From: Okamejei kenojei
Lineage: Eukaryota
Reading direction: 5' to 3'
DNA length: 64,000 nucleotides
Assembly (NCBI GenBank): GCA_035221665.1
Contig: CM069141.1
Location: 30,504,001 to 30,568,000, forward strand
Position numbers and translations under genes: made by a program. Below the pieces are notes generated by a model. The model saw only the letters and a program-made list of their open reading frames with translations, was not told where the DNA came from and made no database searches. Shown here piece by piece: positions 51,020 through 62,758 of this stretch; within the stretch, counting starts at the first letter, position 1; every line of letters starts with the position of its first letter.

Positions 51020-51118
51020 ATGTCTGAAAAGAGTTTGAATCTGAATCATTACCGATCTATGTTCTCCAGAGGTGATGCCTGACCCACTGAGTTACTCCAG
51101 CATGTTTGGTCCTTTTGT
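51020..51118 (+). mobile_element. Older Penelope-derived repeat
   Basis: gtctgaaaagag...ctccagag..gcctgacccactgagttactccagca. Confidence 0.65.
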
Positions 51119-51816
51119 GTGCCTGCTTACTCAGGAGCTGGTATATACCACTGCACATCACAAGTTAAATAATTAATGCTGAATCCAACATATTGCCCTG
51201 GGTTAAAATTTTACTCAAATTCTATGGTCAATTTCTTTTAAAAAAAAACAATTTATCCTCAAGCCCCTGATGTGTTTGTAGTCAACAGTCTGTGTGTGCT
51301 GGAAGAGGCAACAGACTGGTTGCGTTTTGATGACCAAAGCTTCTACTGAGTCACTCTAGACCAACCAATACCCAGGCAACACAACTGAACAGGCAGTGGA
51401 GATGCTCTTATGTTGAGAGAATACAACCTAATAACGTTACTTAAATAATGCCACTGCCATGCCTCGAGAAAGGGCCGGGACCAGTCACATAATCTGTTCT
51501 ATAAAAAATAGTAGGTTGCAGGTGGCTCTTTGAAAGCCCTTATCCATTCTCTACCATTCTCTCGGAGGAATGCACTTGAGGTGTCTCTATGATCTCCCTC
51601 AGCTCTACAATGATCCCTAATCTCTGTGCCCCAAGCAATGCCTTTTTAAAAAATAATTTCACCATTGATATAAACTCAAAGTTCAAGAATTTTCTGTTGA
51701 AACCTTTATTTCTCTTTTTCCTGTCTGAAATGTTCCACAAAACCTATTTCTATTGAGCTAATACCACCTTGTATCTTTCATAGTTCGAATTTGTTTGCCA
51801 ATTATTCTATTAAGCA

Positions 51817-52051
51817 CTCGGGAGATGTCTGTACGGAGTTTGTACGTTCTCCCCATGACTGCATGGGTTTTCTCCGAGATCTTCGGTTTCCACTCACACT
51901 CTGAAGACATACAGGTTTGTAGGTTAATTGGCTTGGTATAAATGTGAAAATTGTCCCTGGTGTGTGTAGGATAGTGTTGATGTGCGGGAATCGCTGTCGA
52001 CATGGACTCAGTGGGCCGAAGAGCCAGTTGTATCTCTAAACTAAACTAAAC
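51817..52051 (+). mobile_element. V-SINE, 5'-truncated
   Basis: V core plus tail gtatctctaaactaaactaaa. Confidence 0.88.
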
Positions 52052-54084
52052 ACTGAGACAGTTTCCAAAGGTACAATAGAAATTACAATTATTGATGATA
52101 TCAATCAGTGTAAGGCAGCTTTGGTATGGGGCAGTTTTAGGATTGAGGACTGATGATAAGCATATTTAATATGATAATACCGAGCACATCCTTTATATTT
52201 AATCACCTATTTTACTCTGCACTATTTCTGACTAGCAAGCTTTAAATTAACACGATAGATGAGTAAAATCCATAATTCACACACAATATATATCTGCGTA
52301 TGATACGAGTCTATTTTTGCTTGTCATGCAATTAAATATTTTGCACTCAATACAATGGATTTAATTTATTAACATTTTGATTACATTTTGGTTTGCTTTT
52401 GTTAGTATGTGCTGTTGCTATGTTACCAATGCCACTCGCAGGCTATTGATTCTCACTGGAACCTGAACAGGGCAGGCAATGAGTTTTAACTATGTGGGAT
52501 CTGATTGTTATCTCTCCTACATGCACAGTAAAAACAAATCCCTGATTATATGGAGGTTCCTTAAATGTTTTCAAATTTTAAATTCTGTAAAAGCATCTGC
52601 AGTAGGAAGTAATAGAATGTGCATTTAATTTATTCCCTCCACCACCTAAAACACATGTTTTTGATGTGCAATGCGATTCTCAAAGGTCCCCCTTCTTTTA
52701 GCAGCAATTTTGTATCCATTTTATTGGCTATAATGATGTAAAATACACTGGGCCAGATCTTGCTGGAACTACATCACCTCCACAACGCCAGCACATCCTG
52801 ACTTGTATGGGCCAGACAGGGCCGACAGTCACTCTGATCCTTCTCCCCTGAAGTTGGACAGTGAGGTCTGAACCTTGCTACAGAAATACCCCGACCGTCT
52901 TTAAAGGGAGGCCAATCTAAGGGTCAGGCTCTGATGTTTTAAATCTAGCTTCCATTACCGATTGACATGTTAATGTCATTTCAAAAAACGGCTGCAGGAA
53001 GAATTGATTCTCCATTTTTTTTTAAACTCCCTGATTTCTCCGCAGCTCTTTCAATGATTTAGTTCTTCTTTCATCCAATTTCTTGTGCACTCCAGCTGGC
53101 CAACACCAACTGCTTCTCTTGCAGCCAAAGCTTGGCAGCCTGCTACCAGTCCCTTGCATACATCATGGCATGCTGCCTCCCAGTGTGATTCTGCTTCAGC
53201 ACTTGGGTAACTACTAGAACTAATGATCTGCAGCCACACCCTAACAATTGTCCCACAGTGTCACCCAACATCATCAGCACTATGAATTATATTTTAACAA
53301 GAACAAGGAATGCAAAACATTTTGACAACTTTTAAAGATAAAAATATATAATGATCAACATACTTATAAATCTGTGTCAACTTCATCCTTTACTTATGCA
53401 GTTTGCTATACACAAATCTTCTACCAACCGCTTGGCGTTACTATGCAAACACTATCCTTGCTTTAGTATCACTACTAATTTGTATAGAGAGTAGGAAGGG
53501 AGTTAAGTTTCCACTGATTACATGCCAAAGCATATAAACATTCTCTTGGAACGAGAGTCTCCCTTATGTCTTTCAGAATGTCTGAATTAGCTACTAGAAA
53601 AGATGGCTCTCCCATTTTATTTACAGGGCTTCTCTAAACATTCCTAGAAGGAATAATCAGGCCTTATATTGCTCTATATTTAATGATTCCATTTAGAGAC
53701 TGATGTGTAAATTGTTGCTTAAACAAAAGCTTTTCTTGGATAAAGCTCCTGTTAACTGTGGCCATAAATTAAACTAAAATCACAGTGTTCTTTGGAATGT
53801 AAACCTCCCATGAGGTTTTCAGGTCTGCACTCATAAGTACAGTTATGGTAAATGTTTCAGGTTTCAGGGTGCAGAATCCAATTTCGCATTTAACTCTGTA
53901 CTGATCCAGTTGTGATTAAACACTTAGGCCATTTGCTGTCCTCTGGTGTTTGAGAAGTAATAAACCAATTCAAATGGTAAAAATTCAAGATTTTGTTTGC
54001 ATGAATTGGAGGAGCTAAACACAATACTATCAGTGTTTAATTTGTTGTGTAAGTACAACTGCAGAGAATAATACTCTACTAAGT

Positions 54085-54680
54085 GAAGGTTGAAGAAATT
54101 AGCGGGTCAGGCAGCATTTATGGACTCCTATATATCGGTGACACCAAGTGCAGTCTTGGCGATCATTTCGCTGAACACCTCTAGACGTACATAATCTCCC
54201 GGTTGCTAAAATCTCCCCATCCTATTCCTGTTCCCATACTGACCTTTCTATCCTGGGCCTCTTCCACTGTCAGAGTGAGGCCTAAAGCAAAGTGGAGGAA
54301 CAGCACCTCATATTTAGCTTGGGCAGCTTACACCTCAGCAGAATGAATATTGACCTCTAATTTCAAGTATCCCTTGCTTTCCCTCTCACTCTATCCATCC
54401 CCATCCTAGTTCTCCGACCAGTCTAACTGTTCTGATTAAATGTTATCTTTGTATTCCTCTTTGTTCATCTTCCCCTAGCTAACAATGATAATTTTCCTTG
54501 AGTTTTGTCATTTTCACACCTTGTCCTTCCATATCTCTGTGCGTCCCTCTCCCCAGATTCTTAGTCTGAAGAAGGGGTTTACCCGAAATATTACCCATTC
54601 GTTCTATCCAGAGATGAAGGGCCCACCAATACTTTGTGTATAGCGTAGGATTCCAGGATCTCGTTTCTTGTGTCTCTATT
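54085..54680 (+). mobile_element. Penelope-like element 3' fragment: GIY-YIG endonuclease remnant, 3' UTR and hammerhead motif
   Basis: From 54122 GLLYIGDTKCSLGDHFAEHL, then LPVAK..SHTDLSILGLFHCQSEA..VEEQHLIFSLGSLH..MNID. ctgaagaaggggtttacccgaaa at 54566. Short inverted terminal piece at 54085-54123. Confidence 0.9.
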
Positions 54681-55351
54681 TTCTATTATGTTTCTGTTTT
54701 AGCTTCACTATTAGTCAGTAATATTATATTTGTATGGTGGAAGTTGAATCTATAACAAAATGAAATAGAGCTTTTCTATACACATTTTATCCAGGCCCCT
54801 CGCAATATAATAAAATCCATCCTCAGTCCCTCTTGGCATCATCATTGCCTCTTTAAACACCTTAACCACCTTTCGTGCTGCCTCGGGGATCCGTGGGCAT
54901 GCACTGCAAGATCATCAATATTAACTTCTCAATATAATAACATTTATTCTGTATTCCCAAGTCTTGTTTTCACTCCCCAAATGGATTACTTCAAATTTCT
55001 TTGAATCGAATTCCATGTGCTAATTTTCCACTAAGCTGGCCAGCTGGTGGTATCTTCCAGTGGTTCACAGATTGTTAATATTTTCTTACAGCAGAGAGGG
55101 AGGGTATTTGGCTCACCAAGACTATCCTGGGTCTTATTCTGGGGGCAGAATAGTATAGAGATGCAGTTAATAGAGTGGACCTCTGGGGCTGTCAACATAG
55201 AAATTTCATGTTCTCCTTGCAATACGTGGTCATCTTCTAGTGCTCCAGTTTCTTCCCACATTCCACAGATGAGGAGGTTTCCGGGTTAGACATTTTAACT
55301 CAAATAGAGAAGTATGAAAGATAGTGAAAGATGAAATATTTGGGAACTCAG

Positions 55352-55537
55352 TAAGGTAGACATAAAATGCTGGAATAACTCAACTTCATTGAATAATGCA
55401 GCATCTCTAGAGATAAGGGTTTCGACCCAAAACGTCACCCATTCCTTCTCTCCAGAGATGCGGCCTGTCCCACTGAGTTACTCCAACATTTTGTGTCAAC
55501 CTTTGATTTAAACCAGCATCTGCAGTTCTATCCTACA
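55352..55537. mobile_element. Penelope-derived inverted insertion
   Basis: Minus arm 55352-55412 joined to a plus arm that starts at stem II (aagggtttcgacccaaaacgtcacc). Confidence 0.85.
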
Positions 55538-55689
55538 GGTTTGACTCTACCTGTGTACCCATCAACCATGTAATTCACTGATTTCTTAATATCTTAGCCT
55601 CCCTCACTTCCCAACCAACTCCACCCTGAATCATCTGCAGCACATATATACCAGAGATAATTCACTTTGCCCAATTCACCCATCAGTTA

Positions 55690-56255
55690 AGGGCCTGTCC
55701 CACTTGGCCGTTATTTACGCGACAGGCCGGTCATGTCATCATGCGTCCACACAGCCATCTGGAGCGCGTGACGTCATTTGAAGATCGACACAAAATGCAG
55801 GAGTATCTCAGCAGGACCGGCAGCATCTCTGGAGAGAAGGAATGGATGATGTTTCGGGTCGAGACTCTTCTTCAGTCTGAAGAAGGGTCTCGACCCAAAA
55901 CTTCACTCATTGCTTCTCTTCAGAGATGCTGCCTGTCCCGTTGAGTTACTCCTGCAATTTGTGTCCATCTCCAATCGTCTTGTCCTCGCTCTGGGACAGG
56001 TTCAGCGATCGCTTGCCTGCTTCTGCCGCTGTTGGAGGTGAGACATTGCGGCGCGCCAGGGTGTCCCACTTGGCCATCATTTACGCGACAGGCCGGTGGG
56101 GTGTGAAAATTTTGTACAGAACGAAATCCTGGAGCGATACCGCGCGCAACTCCACACTCCCCCACGCCACCCTGTCCCACGCTACCCATACGCTACCCAC
56201 ACGCTACCACGTCGCATAAATGGCGCTTAAATGACGGCCAAGTGGGACAGGCCCT
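55690..56255. mobile_element. PIF/Harbinger-like MITE carrying a Penelope-derived palindrome
   Basis: TIR AGGGCCTGTCCCACTTGGCCGT at both ends. TTA TSD at 55687-55689 and 56256-56258. Internal TIR copy at ~56062. Confidence 0.88.
55780..55972. mobile_element. Head-to-head Penelope terminal repeats (two hammerhead motifs)
   Basis: ...gtttcgggtcgagactcttcttcag-t-ctgaagaagggtctcgacccaaaac..., with arms of about 95 bp. Confidence 0.9.
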
Positions 56256-57044
56256 TTAGCATATATCATAGGATGTGGGAGGAATCTGCATCATCTGAAA
56301 GAAACCCACAATGTTACAGGGAGAACAAGCAAACTCCACCGTTCTTCACTTTCAACAGCACATCTCAATGTTTGATACATGCAAAAATAGTTATCCAGTA
56401 CTCGCAACTGGGAACAACCTACCATTCACTTCAATACAAAGAGATCAGTTCTCTTTGCTTATTGCCACAGAAACGCTTTTGGTTCCACCTTCTACTTCCT
56501 GTTAGATCCTACTGGTTTTCTCTTTACTGATTATTTTATCAAACAAAACCTTGTTAAAAGTCCTGCAAAAGTCTTATAGCTCAAATTAAATGTGCTGCAC
56601 TCAAAAAACCTTGCTTCTAACCATCACACAAACAAATCAGTCATACTAAGTATGCATGATCTTCCCTTCACCAATCCATGCTGAGAGGATTAATGCAATG
56701 TTCTATTAGCTGCACCACTATGTCACACTACCTCGAAAACTTACTTCCCTTTTGCTTTGCCTGTTTCCACTCTGAATCCAGGCTACGATTTTTGTTGTCT
56801 CTAGGCTAGATTGTTTTTCTCATGGAGACCAGCGGGATCTTCAGTGAGGTACATCCATGTTAATGACAATGATTGAGAAGATATTTAAATGATTTGATAT
56901 CATTATGTGAGGTACATATCTAGAATTAACTCACTCAGACTAAACATCAGTTGTGGATTGGGGCACAGTCATCATGAATCCTTGTGGGCAGCTGGCAATG
57001 TTGGTCGTGTGTTCTTCATTTTGTGATAGAGGAGAAATTATAGC

Positions 57045-57800
57045 AGAGTGGTGCAGCTGGTGGAACTGCTGCCTTACAGCGACCGAGACCTGTGTTTGAA
57101 ACTGACCTTGGGTACTGTCTATACGGAGTTTGCATGTTCTCCCTGTGACCACACGGGTTTCCTCCAGATGATCCAGTTTCTCAAAGATTTGTATGTTGAT
57201 TAGCCTCAGTAAATAGCCCCTAGTGCGCAGGGAGTGGATCAGAAAGTCAAAGTCAATTTTATTCATCACATGCACATTACAAGCAGTGAAATTAATTTGC
57301 CAGCAGCGATACACTTAAAAAGAACACACAATACACAATAAAGCATTCTTCACTGTGGTGGAAGGCAACAAAGTTCAGCCAGTCCTCCTCCCTTGTTCAC
57401 CCGTGGTCAGGGCCATAGACCCTCCGTAGTCGCCGCTACAGACGGCCCTCGATGTACAGACCCTCCCGTCGGGATGATCTAAACCCCGACTTCAGGAGGT
57501 GAAACACACTCCTTCTGGAGGCCGCAGCTTCAGGATGTTATAGGCCGCAGGCCGGCGGTCGGAGCTCTTCTCCGGCAATCCCTAGCGAGGGATCCCAGGC
57601 TCCAGATGGTAAGTCCATGCCACGCCCGTGGCTAGAAGCTCCGCAGACCGCGGCTTCAGAATGTTATCAGCCGCGAGCCGGCGGTCGGAGCTCTTCTTGT
57701 GGGATAACATAGATCTAGTTTGAACGAGTCATTGATGGCCAGCATGGACTCAGTGGGCTAAAGGGCCAGTTTTCATGCTGTATCCTTGAAACTAAACTCA
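57045..57800 (+). mobile_element. V-SINE split by a GC-rich insertion
   Basis: Head and core at 57045-57242, tail at 57699-57800 (gggataacatag...aaactaaact). Confidence 0.8.
57243..57698 (-). mobile_element. GC-rich non-coding retroposon with LINE-like tail (related to 43822-44672)
   Basis: Minus-strand end gaataaaattgactttgacttt. Shared cactgtg(g/a)tggaaggcaa and gatggtaa motifs. Internal repeat with period about 125 bp. Confidence 0.7.
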
Positions 57801-57879
57801 GAGTAAGCTGTTGTCAGATTCCCACTGTTCCCTGGTATAATTGTGAAGACCCATGGACAATCCTCAAATGTGTGGCAGT

Positions 57880-58183
57880 GGGCGGCACAATGGCGCAGCA
57901 GTAGAGTAGCTGCTTTACATTGCCAGAGACCTGGGTTCAATCCTGAATACGGGTGCTGTCTGTACAGAGTTTTTACGTTCTGCCCATGACCTGTGTGGGT
58001 TTTCTCCGGGTGCTCCCATTTCCTCCCACACACCAAAGACGTACAGGTTTGTTGACTTGGTAAAATTGTAAATTGCACCTAGCGTGTGTGGGATAATGTT
58101 CGTGTGCAGGGATCCCTGGTCGGTGTGGACTTGTTGAGCTGAAGGGCCTGTTTCCACGCTGTTTCTCCAAACCAAACTGAACT
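57880..58183 (+). mobile_element. V-SINE (HE1-like), full length
   Basis: gggcggcacaatggcgcagca...gggttcaatcc (A/B boxes), V core and CR1-like tail. Confidence 0.92.
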
Positions 58184-58244
58184 AGCAAGACTGCTGCTTG
58201 TGTGAAGTATGCATGCTCCATATGACCGAATTGGTTTCCTTCAA

Positions 58245-58440
58245 GTTGTCCTGCCACATCCCAAACATATAGGTTTCAGTAAGTTGATTGTCCACTGTAA
58301 AATGTTCAGAATGTCTAGTTCAGTGATAGGATCTAGGCAGTTTTTCAGAAGTATGCGGGGAGAATAAAGTCAGATAAATTTAGGATAAGATTAAGTACAA
58401 ATTTGATGATCTGAGCTGAAGGGCCTCTTTCCGTGCTCTA
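58245..58440 (+). mobile_element. Old V-SINE 3' half
   Basis: ccacatcccaaacat...gagctgaagggcctctttccgtgctcta. Confidence 0.55.
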
Positions 58441-59339
58441 TGGCCACGTGAATTTCATCTGTCAAGCTTCCCATGGGAGTTCCAGCCGCCTTTACTACCA
58501 CAAGAAAATCAAACCCACTTTTAGTTGCAGGCACAAACACCAGACAATGGACCATATTGTAACCACTGCTGGCAGGTTTTAAAACATTCACTGGCCAACA
58601 CCCTAACTTATAACCTAGCTTCAAACTTTGGACATGGTGCCTTCATATAGCTGCTCTAATCTAGATATGATCTAACTAGGAGTAAACATTAAAGGTCCAA
58701 AATAGCATTTTAAGAAAAAAAGTAAATAAAAAATGGAAAGTAAAGTGTAAAATGTAGTTATTTACAAGGGAAAGAACAAAATTCCCATCCTTTTCTTTGC
58801 AAATGCTGTCATGAATGTAGGAATGTCCATAAACATGTTTCAAGGGTGAAACATTCACTAAGAGAAGCCAACCAAAATATAGTTACAGATGCTAAATGCT
58901 GATGGAGCAGAGGTGATACAGTAACTAAACAAGATTCAAGTACATTTGAAACACTGCAAACAACAGTAATGGAATGTTATAATACATTACTAACACTGTG
59001 AAATACAAGTCAGAGGAACTTGTGATTAATCTGAATAGTACACAGGGTCAGGCCAAACTTTGAGCACTGTTCATTTCTGCTTCCATAGCCTGAGGTGCTC
59101 ATTCAAGCATTGAATTCAATGCAGAACAAAGTCACAAGAATAATTCCTCATCTCACAGCACAAAGTAGGAGGCAGTCTGGAGAAAATTGAACTCTCACGA
59201 GCCAAACAACCCGAGAACTGATCTCAATGGTTTATAAGATGGATAATTAACAATTTGCAATCTTTTTGTGAACACACGATAACACCACTAGAATCTATAG
59301 CAATGACATCAATAATATGGCTACATCAGTGATACTTTC

Positions 59340-59446
59340 TTCCTGCCCCCACTCCCACATCAATCTGAAGAAGGGTCTTGACCAGAAACATCACCTATTC
59401 CTTCGCTCCATAGATGCTGCCTCACCCGCTGAGTTTCTCCAACATT
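59340..59446 (+). mobile_element. Penelope-derived repeat with hammerhead motif
   Basis: CTGAAGA A GGGTCTTGACCA GAAA CATC ACCTA at 59365. Confidence 0.85.
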
Positions 59447-60091
59447 GATGGATCATTTGTTAACTGATTCTCCATTGCACTCTAATCACCAGAGGCACTC
59501 AAGATTTGGGATCTGCCCAAGTATAATCCTTCTTTTATATGTACAATGGTCTTGAGTTTCACACTCTATTTACTACTGTATATTTTCCCTGATTGGTTTT
59601 GAAAAATATATTTAAAAACAAAGAGATAGCTTGTATTTGTCCACACTGCTCACCAAATATTTGGACAGGAATCCTTAAAGCAAGTGAAGGGAATGTTTGT
59701 ACAGAGCCTGATCATCTGATAATTTGCAGCTGCACAAATCCTGAAAAATTACATTTTTCTTTGGTTTCCATGGCTATTCTGCAGCAAATGATGGGAAAAA
59801 TTCCCATCGGAATTCACTTCCTTTGGGTACTCTTCCAAGATTTCACAATGAATTAATAGGCATCCACTTGTCTGTAACAGGAGGAAATGCTTTAAATAAT
59901 ACATAATGGTTCTACAACCCCACTCGATTAGCACATGGTGTTATGGATTATATTATTTATATAAAAACATATAGACCTTTGAACAATATATGAACGATGG
60001 GGTTAATGGCCTGCTCTTGTTATTTTCTTTCTCAGCTGAAAGAGCAGCATGAAACATTCATTAATAATTGTGTGACTATTTCCCATGTATA

Positions 60092-60397
60092 GGGTGGTGC
60101 GGTTGTGCAGTTGTAGAGTTTCAGCCTTACGGAGCCAGGGTTTGATCCTCATTACAGGTAATTGTCTGTACGGCATTTGTACGTTCTCCCCGTGACCTAC
60201 ATGGGATTTCTCCAGGATCTCCCGTTTCCTCCCACACTCCAAAGACACGCAGGGTTTGTAGATGAATTGGCTTGGTATAAATGTAAATTGTCCCTAGTGT
60301 GTGTAGGATAGTGTTAGAGTGCAGGAATCGCTAGTCGGCGCGGACTCGGTGGACTGAAGGGTCTGTTTCCGCAATGTATCTCTGAACTAAACTAAAA
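60092..60397 (+). mobile_element. V-SINE (HE1-like), full length
   Basis: tRNA head, V core, CR1-like tail and (aaact)n end. Confidence 0.9.
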
Positions 60398-61025
60398 GTA
60401 GCAGTTTATATGTCCCCACATATGCAACTAGTAAGCTTAACACATTTGATTTTGATATGCGCGCACCAGCATATTCAAAAACAAGATTCTGAAAAACAAG
60501 TCAAACCTTGTGACTAATTCAAAGCATTTGGAGGATTGCATTTCACACATACATGATTGCTTTTTTTAAAAAGTTTGTTTTCCACAATCTGAGTAAATGT
60601 AAATGATAACAAGGGGAATGAACATGTAAAAGAAAGATATTACACTCCAGCAGTAATTGTAATCCACCCAGCTTTCTAAAGGAAACTCGATATTTGGGAG
60701 TACTCCTGACCTGAACATTCGTGGTATGCACAACAGCTGAAGTGAGCCTAGTTTGTCCATGTGCTATAGACCGTGTTGTTCAAAGTGGATTCCTATGAAT
60801 TTACTAATATGGAGAAGCCTTTGTGTAAATGGACACGTGGCATGGAGAGATAAACTAAGCCTTTTCGTGATTTTTCCCTGCTGTTTTTTTTCTGTGCTAA
60901 ACTCTTGCAATCATTTTCACATCGTCTGGACCTAACCCATGTTTTTGTCTTTGCCTCGTCATTTCATTTTGCCACACTCCATCATCACTCTGTCACACAC
61001 CTCTCTTCTTTCCCTTCTGGCTTAG

Positions 61026-61256
61026 CATTTGCTTAAAAGATGTTCTTCTCGAACACATTTTGCATCTAATAAAAGCTCCTTGACCTCGAAAGTTGAGAAA
61101 AAATTTAACCCAAGAAACAGGAAAGTAATGCAGGCAGGTGTTAGCCAAAAAAATAATGAATTTCAATCCCCGTTCCAAACCATACAATCCTCCAAAGTTC
61201 CACTTCCGCTTATTGGAATTGGGAATGGTGGTTGCCAAGCAATCTTCCCTGAGGAT
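61026..61256 (+). other. Candidate exon of an unidentified gene
   Basis: Pyrimidine tract plus AG at 61024-61025, 77 open codons and a GTGAGT donor at 61257. No recognised homology. Confidence 0.2.
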
Positions 61257-61948
61257 GTGAGTTGATTAGCAAAATCTTTTAAGGAGGCTGAAGTTATTTA
61301 TTTTAACAAATATTAATGTTTAACCCATGTTTTCTCATAGCTCAAAAATTCCAACAGTTAAAAAGAGGTAAGAAGGTTTATGAACATCAGGAAGCATGTT
61401 TGCATTGTTGCTCATAGGCCAAAAAAATCTGGAGGTGTCGCTCCTAAATGACCATCATTTTAAACAATTTCTGAACCAACCCAAGTCAATATCCCTGACT
61501 GTACAATCCACCGTACTGTTCCCAAAACCTGTGGTGCTTGCATGTCCCCTTTGATCTCCAAAGGTTTCACTCTCCACCGTGAGCACTGCTATTTCGAGCA
61601 TCCCATGCTTCCTGGGATCTGCAGGGCATCCCATTCCTGTGGATCTCTGATGTCCACATCTGCCTGATTTCCAAATCCACATGCCTTACATGATCTCTGG
61701 CACTCCCTGGATACCTGAACTTCAGTCACCCACCACAATTTCCAATTCCACACTCATCCGTCTAATCTACAAATCAGACATCCATCACAATCTCCTTCTT
61801 ACATAATATTGGCTGTGGAAATACCTCCTCATCTGACTTTTATATTCCTAAAGCTATTAGATGAGAAACCTGCTGAAAACATTTTAAAAGCGTATTGAGT
61901 TAAATTTGGCAGGAGTACTAGAAACCTCAGCCTTCCCCACCTGGGAAT

Positions 61949-61997
61949 TCCTCCCCTTCCCTCCCCCTCCCCTTCCCTCCCCCTCCCCTCTTTCCCC
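61949..61997. repeat. C/T low-complexity tract (CCCCT-like)
   Basis: ctccccttccctccccc repeated. Confidence 0.85.
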
Positions 61998-62520
61998 AAT
62001 ACCGAGCAGACACTCTTTATGATTCCAATTAAATTCTCTCCACAGATGCTTTGTCACCTAACCTTGTTTCTGCCATTTACAATTCAATTTCAGAATGTTA
62101 GCTTTAGCTGCTTCTGACTCTTGCTTCTGGTCTCTGCATGTGACTTATCTTCCTCATCACATAAAATGGAGAGCACAGGAATAGACCATTTGACCCAGCA
62201 GGCCAGTGTTGGTGTTTGACTTCATAACTTCCTGTCCCATGCTATGGAAAGAGCCAATTCCATTATCTCCCCATGGGTGTTCTCCTGTTTCTTTGCTGGA
62301 ACCTCAGGAAAACCAACCATTTTCCATGTTTGTGCTGCTTTTAATGGAGAACCTTCACAGAATCTCACTCCCTGGATTCTGCCAGCATTGGGTGGTGCAT
62401 TTGGAAACATAATCAAAGAGTGAATCTTTCCAGAATCGTTAAAACAGTAAAGCTGTTTTGTGTCTTGTCTATGTAATTTACCCTTGGAAATGTTTTCCAG
62501 CATAGATTCTGGGATTATTA

Positions 62521-62758
62521 AGGGCCTGTCCCACTTTCACAACCTAATTCACAACCTCTGTCGTGTTTGCCCTTGACTCATACTCGCAGCATGGTCGTCA
62601 CGAGGTCGGAGGAGGTCGTAAGTAGGTCGTAGGCAGGTCGTGATGCTAGTCGTAGGTACTCGTGGTATCAAGTAGGTCGGGGCGTTTTTTCAACATGATG
62701 AAAAATGTCCACGAGTAAGAAAGGTTGTGAATTATGTTGTGAAAGTGGGACAGGCCCT
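62521..62758. mobile_element. PIF/Harbinger-like MITE, 238 bp
   Basis: 37-bp TIRs (AGGGCCTGTCCCACTTTCACAAC[C/A]TAATTCACAACCT, one mismatch). TTA TSD at 62518-62520 and 62759-62761. Internal (A)GGTCGT repeats. Confidence 0.92.

Noticed and set aside
53040-53240. Possible Myb/SANT-like Harbinger remnant on the minus strand
   Set aside because: It needs frameshifts and only a few residues fit, so it cannot be supported by eye.
57880-57950. tRNA-like sequences at SINE heads
   Set aside because: These are V-SINE promoters continuing into the SINE body, not tRNA genes.
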